64,000 nt of DNA, taken from NCBI GenBank assembly GCA_963790305.1, contig CAWBOC010000005.1, forward strand, positions 352,001 to 416,000, read 5' to 3'. The translations under genes and the position numbers were made by a program. Under the pieces are notes generated by a model. It was given only the letters and a program-made list of their open reading frames with translations. It searched no databases and was not told the origin of the DNA. This DNA comes from an uncultured Gemmatimonadaceae bacterium. Its GTDB lineage: Bacteria; Gemmatimonadota; Gemmatimonadetes; Gemmatimonadales; Gemmatimonadaceae. Below, in pieces: positions 39,705 through 48,707 of the stretch (position 1 is its first letter; each line of letters starts with the position of its first letter).

Positions 39705-40592
39705 ATGATCTCGATGACAACTCGGCAAAGCCTGACGCCTGTTGCTACGGTCCTTCTTCCTCCGGAGCGTCTCCGGGTAGATGCTGCCGGCGAGGGCCTG
39801 TATCGCACACTCCATCGCGACTCGCTTGAGGACGCTATGCATGACCTCAAGGCGCGCCGAGCACACGCGATAGTTATCTCCGTTGCCTGCTGCAGTGGTC
39901 CTGAAGCTACGAAGGTTGCGCAACTTGTCCGGGAATTTCCTCGGGTTCCAGCAGTTGCTCTGTTGACGCAAGTGGAGCCATCAACACCACGCGATGTCCT
40001 TTACCTCGGCCGTTCGGGTCTCCAGACACTCATTGATGTTCGGTCAGCCGGAGGCTGGCGAGAGTTACGAGAAGCTCTCGTTGCCGAGCGAGGGGCGAGT
40101 GTCGAGAGGCTTGCGCTTGGCCAATTAGCCCTGGATCTCACCGGCGTGGCGCCAGACTGCTGGCGGTTCTTCGAGGCACTGTTCGGGCCTAATGCGCGCA
40201 TAACGACAGTGCGAACGCTTGCCGCGCATCTCCAGGTGCTTCCGAGTACCCTGATGAGCCGTTTCTTTCGTGCTCGCCTTCCTGCTCCCAAACGCTATCT
40301 GGCAACTGCACGCCTGGTTCGCGCGGCGCATCTTTTTGAGAATCCTGGCCTGTCGGTCGCGAGTGTCGCGAACGTCCTCGACTATTCCTCACCACAGAGC
40401 TTCGGCCGACATGTACGAACAATGCTGCACCTGACTGCTGTCGAATTCCGTCGGCGATATACCGGGCAGCGAATGCTTGATCACTTTCGCGAGCAATTGG
40501 TGATTCCACACCTCCCCACACTTCGGCTCTTCGCGCCCCTGACGCCGCCACCAGGCTGGTTAGCGCCGCAGCTGCCGAGCGATGTCATGTGA
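39705..40592 (+). CDS. AraC family regulator with a receiver-like N-terminal region
   Basis: LSVASVANVLDYSSPQSFGRH..TAVEFR second HTH. Confidence 0.85.
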   Translation: MISMTTRQSLTPVATVLLPPERLRVDAAGEGLYRTLHRDSLEDAMHDLKARRAHAIVISVACCSGPEATKVAQLVREFPRVPAVALLTQVEPSTPRDVLYLGRSGLQTLIDVRSAGGWRELREALVAERGASVERLALGQLALDLTGVAPDCWRFFEALFGPNARITTVRTLAAHLQVLPSTLMSRFFRARLPAPKRYLATARLVRAAHLFENPGLSVASVANVLDYSSPQSFGRHVRTMLHLTAVEFRRRYTGQRMLDHFREQLVIPHLPTLRLFAPLTPPPGWLAPQLPSDVM

Positions 40593-40615
40593 ACGCAGCA
40601 GTTGCATAGCAACGA

Positions 40616-41170
40616 TTACGTCTGCATTCGGGAGACAATGTCCGACGCGCGAGTCAACGCGATCACCTTGAACCCCTCCCTTTCCAGTGCCTCACGACCT
40701 CCTGCTTCCCGATCGACCAGGGCGAGAACACCGACTATCTCACCACCTGCTTCCCGGACCGCATGTGCTGCCTTGATCGCTGAGCCACCGGTTGTGATGA
40801 CATCTTCGATGATGGCTACGTGATCACCGGCGTGGAAAGGTCCCTCAATCAATCGGCCCATTCCGTGTGACTTTGTTTCCTTCCGTACTGTAAATGCACG
40901 AATGGGCCTTTGTGTCGCGGCGCTTGTGAAGGCAATGGCGTAGGCAATTGGGTCGGCACCGAGCGTCAGCCCGCCAACAGCATCGACATTCCAACTGGCA
41001 TCACGTAAGGCCCGAAGCCCGACGGATCCAATGATCGTCAGGCCTTCCGGGCTCATTGTGGTGAGACGGGCGTCAATGTAGAGTGTGGACGGGCGCCCTG
41101 ACGAAAGCGTGAACTCTCCCCGCTTGGCTGACCTCGACGCGAGCAATTGTATCAGCTCTGGTATGCTCAT
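40616..41170 (-). CDS. pyrE: Orotate phosphoribosyltransferase
   Basis: FTLSSG, RKETKSHG, IEDVITTGGS. Confidence 0.95.
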   Translation of the reverse strand: MSIPELIQLLASRSAKRGEFTLSSGRPSTLYIDARLTTMSPEGLTIIGSVGLRALRDASWNVDAVGGLTLGADPIAYAIAFTSAATQRPIRAFTVRKETKSHGMGRLIEGPFHAGDHVAIIEDVITTGGSAIKAAHAVREAGGEIVGVLALVDREAGGREALEREGFKVIALTRASDIVSRMQT

Positions 41171-41207
41171 GAGCCACTAGGTTAACGGACGCTCGACGAC
41201 GGCGTCA

Positions 41208-42965
41208 ATGAACCACATGGCTCCCGCCTCCCCCTGGATGCTCCGTCGGTCACCTCCACGTCTATCATCGCTTGCCCTGCTTGCTGCGCAGCTGCTCGGC
41301 TTGGCTGGGCTATATGCAGCGGATCGTGCCATCACTCATGGTGCTCGAACACGGGTCGAGCTCGACGCAGCTGAGACAGCTGCATTCGCCGAGGGATTGC
41401 TGGCATCACATGTCCAGACTCTCCGGGTAATGCGTGGAGTACTTGGCGACAGCGCGGGCCCACCCTACGAGAGAAGAATCTCAACCCTGGTCGAAGACCT
41501 TGTGGAAGGGCGCCTTCTGTTCAGGCGTGTGTGGATGTCTGATTCCGCTGGGCTGATACGCTACGAACGCCTCTTCGGTAGTCCTGGACCACTGCTTGGT
41601 CCCGGCCTCGATATCGACACGGCAACCGCGCTGCAATTGCGGATGACTACGGCCATCGTACGACAAACACGCGAGCCGGCGATCTCTACCGCAGGTCGGA
41701 TCTTGACGGGAGAGAAAGGGTTCAGCGTCGTTGTCCCCCTCGTCGTTAGTGAACGCATTGCGGGGTTTGCCGGCGGCACGCTCACCGCTGAGAGCCTCTT
41801 GCGCGAGCTTGCACGCCGGCGCCCCCTGGAGGGAGCTGCCGTCGTGATTGTGGCGAGGGAAGACACTGTCGCCGCACAGAATTCGGACGCCGCACGTGAG
41901 CGAACGCACTACGTCGCTACCAACATGTTTCACGTTCCTGGCGGAGCTGAATGGCAGGTGTCGGTCGCGCGCCCAGCACGGGACATGCTGGCCCGTGTCG
42001 CGATGTGGGCGATCGGCTTGGCAATGATGGGCGCTTTGAGTCTTGCGCTCATTCGGGAGCGTCGAGAGGGACGCCGAGTTGCTGAACGCTCGACAGAGCT
42101 CGAGCGCCTATCGACGGAGCTATTGCGTGCGAATCGCGCGAAGAGCGAGTTTCTCGCGAACGTTTCGCACGAGCTCCGTACGCCACTGAACGCGATCGTC
42201 GGTTTTGTCGATCTCTTACGCGATGGCGTCTATGGCGAGCTCGCACCCCGGCAGGTGAACCCAGTCGACCGAATTGCGGCATCGGCGGCGCATCTGCGGC
42301 ATCTCGTGGATCAAATCCTCGACATTGCCAAGATGGCGGCGGGCCGGATGGAGATGCATCCGGAGCCCGTTGACCTTCGACCGTTCGTTATTGATGTGGC
42401 GAGTGAGTTCGAGGCACTTATCGCTGATCGAGGCTTGAACCTCTCGCTCGCCATCGGAGGATCATTGCCACGTGTTCGCACCGACCCGACGCACCTTCGA
42501 CAGATCATCGTGAATTTGCTTGGTAATGCCGTGAAGTACACGCCGACAGGAGGCATCGCGGTGCGAGCACGAGTCATTGATGAGCGGAGCGCCGGTCATG
42601 TCGTTGGTGCACCGTCCCTAGTGGGAGCCCCAAAGGGTGGGCAGGCATGGATTGCTCTTCAGATTGCGGACTCGGGTATCGGCATCGCGTCCGCAGATCT
42701 CGTCCGTGTGTTCGAGGAGTTCGAGCAAGTCAATGCCGGTCCGCGTGGTGACTCAATGCAACGTGGCACAGGGCTTGGTCTCCCCATCTCTCGTCGCCTC
42801 GCCCGGTTGCTGGGCGGGGACATCACTGTCGAGAGCGAGCTTGGGAAAGGCTCGACGTTTACGGTGTGGGTCCCTGTTGATGAATCCGAAATGGGAGCCA
42901 GAACCGGGGCGCAGACTCCCACCGTTCCTGCCGATCCTGTGACGACTGGGGGAGCAGGCCGTTAG
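41208..42965 (+). CDS. Membrane sensor histidine kinase
   Basis: Two TM helices, SHELRTPL, NAVKYT, DSGIGI, GTGLGL, GKGSTF; no receiver domain. Confidence 0.93.
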   Translation: MNHMAPASPWMLRRSPPRLSSLALLAAQLLGLAGLYAADRAITHGARTRVELDAAETAAFAEGLLASHVQTLRVMRGVLGDSAGPPYERRISTLVEDLVEGRLLFRRVWMSDSAGLIRYERLFGSPGPLLGPGLDIDTATALQLRMTTAIVRQTREPAISTAGRILTGEKGFSVVVPLVVSERIAGFAGGTLTAESLLRELARRRPLEGAAVVIVAREDTVAAQNSDAARERTHYVATNMFHVPGGAEWQVSVARPARDMLARVAMWAIGLAMMGALSLALIRERREGRRVAERSTELERLSTELLRANRAKSEFLANVSHELRTPLNAIVGFVDLLRDGVYGELAPRQVNPVDRIAASAAHLRHLVDQILDIAKMAAGRMEMHPEPVDLRPFVIDVASEFEALIADRGLNLSLAIGGSLPRVRTDPTHLRQIIVNLLGNAVKYTPTGGIAVRARVIDERSAGHVVGAPSLVGAPKGGQAWIALQIADSGIGIASADLVRVFEEFEQVNAGPRGDSMQRGTGLGLPISRRLARLLGGDITVESELGKGSTFTVWVPVDESEMGARTGAQTPTVPADPVTTGGAGR

Positions 42966-43885
42966 GCATCGGCGGGTCGGCCGAACAAACCCTTCACCTT
43001 TCCCAGCAGCCCCTCGCGCTTGGGCGTTGGGGCTGGGGGCTCGAGGAGCGCAGCACGTAGCTCCTGAGCCATTGTCAGGACATCGCTATAGCGCCGTGTC
43101 GGGTCACGCGACAGGGATCGCATGACGACCCCTTCAGTGCGACCGTCAAAGGAGAGATCGCCGCGTGCCGAATTCAGCGGAATGGGAGGCTGGCTCAGCA
43201 GTTGAGTGAAGAGCTCGCGTTGAGTGCGGCCGAGATAGGGGTGAGCCCCGGTCAGGAGATAGTAGGCGATTGTGCCAAGGCTGTATTGGTCAGCGGCTGC
43301 GGTGACCAATTCGCCGGAAAGCGCTTCCGGCGCTACGTACATCAGGGTCCCGACGAAGAAGCCGGCACGCGTGAGCCTCTCCTCGGGCGAAAGCGTCGAC
43401 TCCGCGGCGATGCCGAAATCGAGGAGTTTTACGTGTTTGCTCCCCGGATCGTACATCACATTGTCAGGCTTTAGATCCCGATGGATGATGCCGGCCGTGT
43501 GGGCGGCATTTACCGCATCGGCGATCTGACACACGATCTCAGCGACTTCCTCAGGGGTGAGCGGCGTATTACGCTTCGCATAGCGCTCCAACAGCTCGCC
43601 CAACGCCCATTCGATTGCCAGGAAGTGGAGCCCCGGACGCGCCTCACCGATCTCGATCGTCCGGACGACGTTCGGGTGGAGAACCCGGGTGCCGTACGAG
43701 GCTTCACGAAGAAATCGCGCGACAGCAGTCCGATCGTCGCGCAGCTTTTCCCGCAGAACCTTAATTGCAACCGCGCCGTGCTTGGGATGCTCGGCGCGGT
43801 AGACAACCGCGGTGCCGCCCTCACCGACTTTCTCGCGAATGGCGTAACCGGCGAGAGTCGTTCCGGAGAAGTCCTCGCGCGTCAC
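42962..43885 (-). CDS. Hanks-type Ser/Thr protein kinase (kinase domain only)
   Basis: GEGGTAVV, AIK, HRDLKPDN, DFG, APE; start uncertain (43885 or 43921). Confidence 0.9.
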   Translation of the reverse strand: MTREDFSGTTLAGYAIREKVGEGGTAVVYRAEHPKHGAVAIKVLREKLRDDRTAVARFLREASYGTRVLHPNVVRTIEIGEARPGLHFLAIEWALGELLERYAKRNTPLTPEEVAEIVCQIADAVNAAHTAGIIHRDLKPDNVMYDPGSKHVKLLDFGIAAESTLSPEERLTRAGFFVGTLMYVAPEALSGELVTAAADQYSLGTIAYYLLTGAHPYLGRTQRELFTQLLSQPPIPLNSARGDLSFDGRTEGVVMRSLSRDPTRRYSDVLTMAQELRAALLEPPAPTPKREGLLGKVKGLFGRPADA

Positions 43886-43942
43886 GTCGGCGAAGCTAAC
43901 CCGCTCGTAGGGACCCAGCAAGCATCACAGGTCACGTCCAGC

Positions 43943-45370
43943 ATGCCATCCTCGAAGATGTTCAGCCCTCGCATTGTCTCTCCGTCACGGCACGGTCGCG
44001 TGGCGATGATCATGACTTGTGTCCTCAGTGTCACTATCGGTTGTCGGGGGCCACAGCCGACACCTGAGCCCGGAGCGCCGATCCAGCGCGAGCCCGTGGC
44101 TCGAGGTACGCCGTCGACGCTGCTCGATCCAACCGACCTGTATCAACGTAACGGGATGATCGCGCGGACTACCCCAATGGCGTTTGTTGGCTCCGTGCGG
44201 TTCTTGCCCACCAGCTCCACCGACTCGACGCTGGTGCTTGTTGCGCTCTCCATGCCCAATCGGTCGCTCACGTTCGCAGGTGCCGGTGATCGGCAGGAAG
44301 CGGGGTACACAGTGATTACGGAAGCACGCCAAGGCGGAGCGGTGGTGCAGCGGCGCGAGGCGCGGGAGACTGTGCGTGTTGCGAGCTTTCGTGAAACCAC
44401 GCGTGGCGACGAGAGCGTGATCTTCCAGCAGTTCATGACCCTGTCGCCAGGAGAGTACGAGCTGGCGGTCATTGTACGGGATGCCGGAAGCGCACGCAGT
44501 GGGGCGTATGAGCTCCCGTCTTCCGTGCCGCGGCTCGCCAGCAGTGCTGTTGCGGCACCCGTTGTCGCGTATGAAGCAACGCCACGGACGAATGCCGATT
44601 CGGTCCCGCACCTCATCGCTAACCCGCGTGCGACGATCGTCTTCGGACGGGACACAATCGTCCCGGTGTATGTGGAGCAGTCAATGCCCGCGGGAACAGC
44701 CTCCGAGGCGATGCTTTCGGTCCTCTCGGAAGAGGGCAATGTTCTCTGGAGCGACACGATTGCGCTACAATCCGGCGTTGGTGTCGCCGGTGGGCTCGGC
44801 CAGGTGCCAGCCACACGATTCGGGGTCGGGCATTTCTGGATAACCACCGCCCCTCTCAACGGCGCCGCACCCGCAGTTCGCGTCCCCTTGTTCATTAGCT
44901 TCGGTGACGAGTGGGGGATTGCTCCTCTCGAGGAGATGCTGAGCTACCTTCGATACTTCGCTGATGCCTCGCGCCTGCGTGCGCTCCAGGACGCCCTACC
45001 TGAAGCACGCGCCTCGGCATGGATGACGTTCTGGCGCGAGACAGACCCCGATCCCCAGACGACTGAGCACGAGGCGCTTCGCGACTATTTCCGGCGTCTC
45101 GTGACGGTGAATGAGCGGTTTCGCGAGGAGGCATCTGCTGGGTGGTTGACCGAGCGGGGCAAGGTATTCATCACCCTCGGTGAGCCCGACCAGATTCTGG
45201 AGCAGGGCGATGTCGGAATCGGGAATCGCGGACGGCTTCAGATTTGGCAGTATCTGCAGCACCGGACACAGTTCGTGTTCGTCGACCAGAGCGGATTTGG
45301 GCGGTGGCGACTGACGCCAGCCAGTGAGGCCGAGTTCGAGTCGATCGCCATGCGCGTGCGCCGTCGCTGA
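43943..45370 (+). CDS. GWxTD domain protein, probable lipoprotein
   Basis: FW..DPDP.T, GWLTERGKVFI.LGEPD; TIGC lipobox-like; start uncertain. Confidence 0.82.
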   Translation: MPSSKMFSPRIVSPSRHGRVAMIMTCVLSVTIGCRGPQPTPEPGAPIQREPVARGTPSTLLDPTDLYQRNGMIARTTPMAFVGSVRFLPTSSTDSTLVLVALSMPNRSLTFAGAGDRQEAGYTVITEARQGGAVVQRREARETVRVASFRETTRGDESVIFQQFMTLSPGEYELAVIVRDAGSARSGAYELPSSVPRLASSAVAAPVVAYEATPRTNADSVPHLIANPRATIVFGRDTIVPVYVEQSMPAGTASEAMLSVLSEEGNVLWSDTIALQSGVGVAGGLGQVPATRFGVGHFWITTAPLNGAAPAVRVPLFISFGDEWGIAPLEEMLSYLRYFADASRLRALQDALPEARASAWMTFWRETDPDPQTTEHEALRDYFRRLVTVNERFREEASAGWLTERGKVFITLGEPDQILEQGDVGIGNRGRLQIWQYLQHRTQFVFVDQSGFGRWRLTPASEAEFESIAMRVRRR

Positions 45371-45401
45371 CCAACTCGATCGCGCAGAGCAAGGTCATCG
45401 C

Positions 45402-47687
45402 ATGGCGTCCATGCGACGCGTCATCGTTGGTACGCTCGTCGCTCTGGCGGTCGCCGGCTGTATGGAGCCGGTGCCCACACCGGCTGAGGACGGTAATGTC
45501 CCAACACCCGGGACACCATCAGACTCTGCGGTTGTAGCGGCGAATACTCACCTTGCTCGCGGCAGGCCCTGGTATGCATACCAGGCTCTGCGTCCCGCCC
45601 TCGCGGATTCCACGCGCCGCACGCCCTCGGTTGTCTTCCTCGCCGCGACAGCAGCGAGCAGGTGGGGAGGATGGCGTGAGGTCGAACGACTCCTCAGCGG
45701 AGCGGACTGGGCTGATTCGCTCTTCAACGGGGAAGGCCGTGTTCTCCTGATACGAGCGGCGCTGGAGCGCGACGCGGATTCTCTCGCCGCCGCGCGCGCG
45801 GCGCTGGCTGTGGAATTCGCACGGGACCGCACTGCTCGCGGAGAGCGTCTGGTACTGCTCGCACGAGCCCTCGATCGACGACACCGCCTCGACTCATCTC
45901 GCGCGACCTACCTGCGCGCTGCGGCGGACTTGCCCGACCTGCAGGACTGGCTCGTGCTGCGGGCTGCAGGAGTTACGCCTTTGCGTGCGCGCCGAGATTC
46001 GATCTACGAGCTTCTTTCCACCGACGCTGGCCGAGCGCGTGTTTCTCGTCTCGAGGCATCGACGCGTGAGCGGCATGGTGACATTGCGGGTGCTGCGAGC
46101 GCTTACGATCGCATGGGCGATTCGCTCTCGGCGATGCGCCTGCGACTTGCGCGCGCACGTGGGGCAACGCGTCTTGCCTTACGGCGTCGGCTCATGTCAA
46201 TCGTTCGTGCCGGCAACAGCTATGAGGCTCAGCGAGCCGTCGAGATCCTCGACGATGCAGGCGTTCGCCTCAGCCGCACTGAAGAGCTCACGGTCGCGCG
46301 AATGGCGGGCGCACGCGGTCTCTGGAGTCGCGCCGCGACCGCATACGGTCGTGCCCTGCGTCAGTCCGCGCTCAGCGCGGCGGACCGATACGCGTACGGG
46401 ATCGCGCTCATTCGAATCGGCCGCGACGGTAGCGCCGCCCGCATTCTGGCACGGATCCAGGCCCCGTCACCTCTCGTCCCCGCCGCATCCTATCAACGAG
46501 CGAGAGCACTTCTCGGGGCTCGGCAATCCCGTAGCGCTCGAACCGTCTTGCGCGAGCTCGTTCGTCGTCACCCGCGCGACACGCTTGCTGGAGCGGCGCT
46601 TGTCCTCCTCGCCGATCTCGCGATGGATGAACGGCGCGATGCAGATGCGCGGAGTGCGCTCAGGCAGGCATACACCAAGTTTCCCAGTAGCAGTCACGCG
46701 GCCCAGGCTCGCTTCCGCGCGGCTGTGCTCGCCTTTGCCGCCGGGCAGCATCGGACTGCCGCCAATGAGCTCGACTCGCTCCTCGCACTTCACCCGAGCG
46801 CGGATGACGGCATGGCTGCGCGCTATTGGATGGGCCGTGCGCTGCTTGCGATTGGTGATACCGTTACTGCCATGGCGCGATGGCGGACCGTCGCCGCTGA
46901 ATACCCGTTGTCGTACTACGGGATGCTCGCTGCCGAGCGGCTCGGTGAGCGGCCGTGGGCGCCAGAGCTCGTTCCGGATTCCTTCGAAGAAATCGAGGAT
47001 CTCACGGAGGCCATGGCTCGGGTCGACCACCTCGAGAAGCTTGGCATGGACAGCGAGGCGCGGGCCGAGCTGGAAGCCCTCGGCGACGCCGCTGATTCAA
47101 GCACGGCGCGGCTGCTCACGACTGCCTACCTGATGCGAGAACACGGACTCGTGGCGCGAGCGGTTCAACTCGGGTGGCGCGCGATCCGGGCCTCCCCATC
47201 AGCCGACGCGCGCGCGTACCGACTCGTGTATCCGATCGTACATCGTGAGGCGATCATTCTGGAGTCCCGGCGTCGCAACCTCGACCCGGCATTGGTCGCC
47301 GCGATCATACGTCAGGAATCGGGGTTCAACCCGCGGGCCACCTCGAGCGCAGGAGCACGAGGCCTCATGCAGATGATGCCGTCCGTCGGGCGCGCGGTGG
47401 CGAGAAGCGTCGATGTTCCGGAATGGCGTCCCGATCTGCTGTATCAGCCGGACATCAACCTGCAGCTTGGGATCAGGCACCTCGAAGCATTCATTTCCCG
47501 ATACGAAGCCCCATACGCCCTCGCGGCGTACAACGCCGGTGAATCACGTCTCGTACGATGGCTGCGGCGACCGGGCGCCCGGGATCCCGAGCTCTTCGTG
47601 GAACGGATTCCCTTTACCGAGACGCGCGATTACGTCCGAATCGTACTCCGCAATCGGGCCATGTATCGGGCGCTGTACCACTGGTGA
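45402..47687 (+). CDS. Lytic transglycosylase (Slt-like, TPR) lipoprotein
   Basis: VAGC lipobox; IRQESGF, GLMQ, AYNAG, ETRDYV. Confidence 0.92.
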   Translation: MASMRRVIVGTLVALAVAGCMEPVPTPAEDGNVPTPGTPSDSAVVAANTHLARGRPWYAYQALRPALADSTRRTPSVVFLAATAASRWGGWREVERLLSGADWADSLFNGEGRVLLIRAALERDADSLAAARAALAVEFARDRTARGERLVLLARALDRRHRLDSSRATYLRAAADLPDLQDWLVLRAAGVTPLRARRDSIYELLSTDAGRARVSRLEASTRERHGDIAGAASAYDRMGDSLSAMRLRLARARGATRLALRRRLMSIVRAGNSYEAQRAVEILDDAGVRLSRTEELTVARMAGARGLWSRAATAYGRALRQSALSAADRYAYGIALIRIGRDGSAARILARIQAPSPLVPAASYQRARALLGARQSRSARTVLRELVRRHPRDTLAGAALVLLADLAMDERRDADARSALRQAYTKFPSSSHAAQARFRAAVLAFAAGQHRTAANELDSLLALHPSADDGMAARYWMGRALLAIGDTVTAMARWRTVAAEYPLSYYGMLAAERLGERPWAPELVPDSFEEIEDLTEAMARVDHLEKLGMDSEARAELEALGDAADSSTARLLTTAYLMREHGLVARAVQLGWRAIRASPSADARAYRLVYPIVHREAIILESRRRNLDPALVAAIIRQESGFNPRATSSAGARGLMQMMPSVGRAVARSVDVPEWRPDLLYQPDINLQLGIRHLEAFISRYEAPYALAAYNAGESRLVRWLRRPGARDPELFVERIPFTETRDYVRIVLRNRAMYRALYHW

Positions 47688-48322
47688 GCGTCGGCTCGAG
47701 CGCGGAGGACGCATTGCCCGCACCAGAGCCCAACGCCACGCTCTCTTTCCGACGGGAGCTCACCCGCAAAGCACTCCATCTGTTGGCGACGGTCATACCG
47801 GCAAGCTACGCCGCAGGTGTATCGAGGACGGTGGTGGTAGGAGTGCTGGTGTTTGCGCTAGCCGTGGCGCTGGCCGTCGAGATTGCCCGATACCGAAACC
47901 TCCGTGCCCGCACCGTATTCGACGCTGCTCTAGGTAGCCTGCTGCGTGAGCACGAGTGGCGCGGCCCGTCGGGTGCCACCTGGCTGATCCTTGCCCTTCT
48001 CGTTGCTGCGGTTCTCTTTCCCCGCGACGTTGCGATCGCCGCCATGTGCGCAGTTACGCTAGGCGATGCCGCCGCCGCGATCATCGGACGGGCGATCACG
48101 CGAGCAGCGGTGCACCGCAAGTCCTTCGGCGGAAGCGCAGCGTGCTTCGCGGCGAGCGCAGCCGGAGCGCACGCGATTGCTGGGTTCGCGTGGCGTGACG
48201 CGCTCATCGTCGGTGTTCTTGCCGCGGTTGCAGAGCGGCCGCGGCGTCCGCTGGATGATAATCTCCGCATCGTGATCGCGGTCGGATGCGGTATCCTGTT
48301 GTGGCGCATGGGGTTCTCTTGA
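47684..48322 (+). CDS. Polyprenol (dolichol/phytol) kinase-like membrane protein
   Basis: RKALH, LREHE, GDAAAAIIG, KS.GGS, DDNL. Confidence 0.8.
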   Translation: MSVGSSAEDALPAPEPNATLSFRRELTRKALHLLATVIPASYAAGVSRTVVVGVLVFALAVALAVEIARYRNLRARTVFDAALGSLLREHEWRGPSGATWLILALLVAAVLFPRDVAIAAMCAVTLGDAAAAIIGRAITRAAVHRKSFGGSAACFAASAAGAHAIAGFAWRDALIVGVLAAVAERPRRPLDDNLRIVIAVGCGILLWRMGFS

Positions 48323-48347
48323 CAAAATCTCAAGGTGCACATATATA
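48319..48347 (+). promoter_or_regulatory. Candidate sigma70 promoter of the csp gene
   Basis: TTGACA-N17-TATATA. Confidence 0.5.
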
Positions 48348-48424
48348 AGGCCCGCGAGCCAACGCCGGCTCGCTCCGCCGCAGCGTGGCGACGGAACCGT
48401 ATCATCCCGCAGGAGGCAGCTCGA

Positions 48425-48625
48425 ATGGCCAGAGGGAAAGTCAAATGGTTCAATGACGCCAAAGGATATGGCTTCATTGAGCAGGAGAGTGGCGAAGACG
48501 TCTTCGTGCACTTTTCCGCGATCGCGATGGAGGGATTCAAGACTCTGTCGGAAGGGCAAGAGGTCGAGTTCGAGATTCGCACCGGAGAAAAAGGGCTGCA
48601 CGCCGCGAACGTGGTGCGAGTCTGA
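48425..48625 (+). CDS. Cold-shock protein
   Basis: [29 protein letters not shown]. Confidence 0.96.
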   Translation: MARGKVKWFNDAKGYGFIEQESGEDVFVHFSAIAMEGFKTLSEGQEVEFEIRTGEKGLHAANVVRV

Positions 48626-48660
48626 CACCCAGCCAGACTCTCGGCCGTTCAATGCTGTCT

Positions 48661-48693
48661 ACGCCTGCCGCCTTCGGCAGGCGTTGACGTTTT
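48661..48693 (+). terminator. Intrinsic terminator after the csp gene
   Basis: ACGCCTGCCG-CCTT-CGGCAGGCGT followed by TGACGTTTT. Confidence 0.7.
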
Positions 48694-48707
48694 AGTAGCT
48701 TTCGGGG

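Noticed and set aside
41926..41941. TGTTTCACGTTCCTGG as parS
   Set aside because: Only one half-site matches; not palindromic; inside a CDS
29800..43000. Low-GC region as a genomic island
   Set aside because: Contains essential origin genes in ancestral order, gradual edges, no integrase
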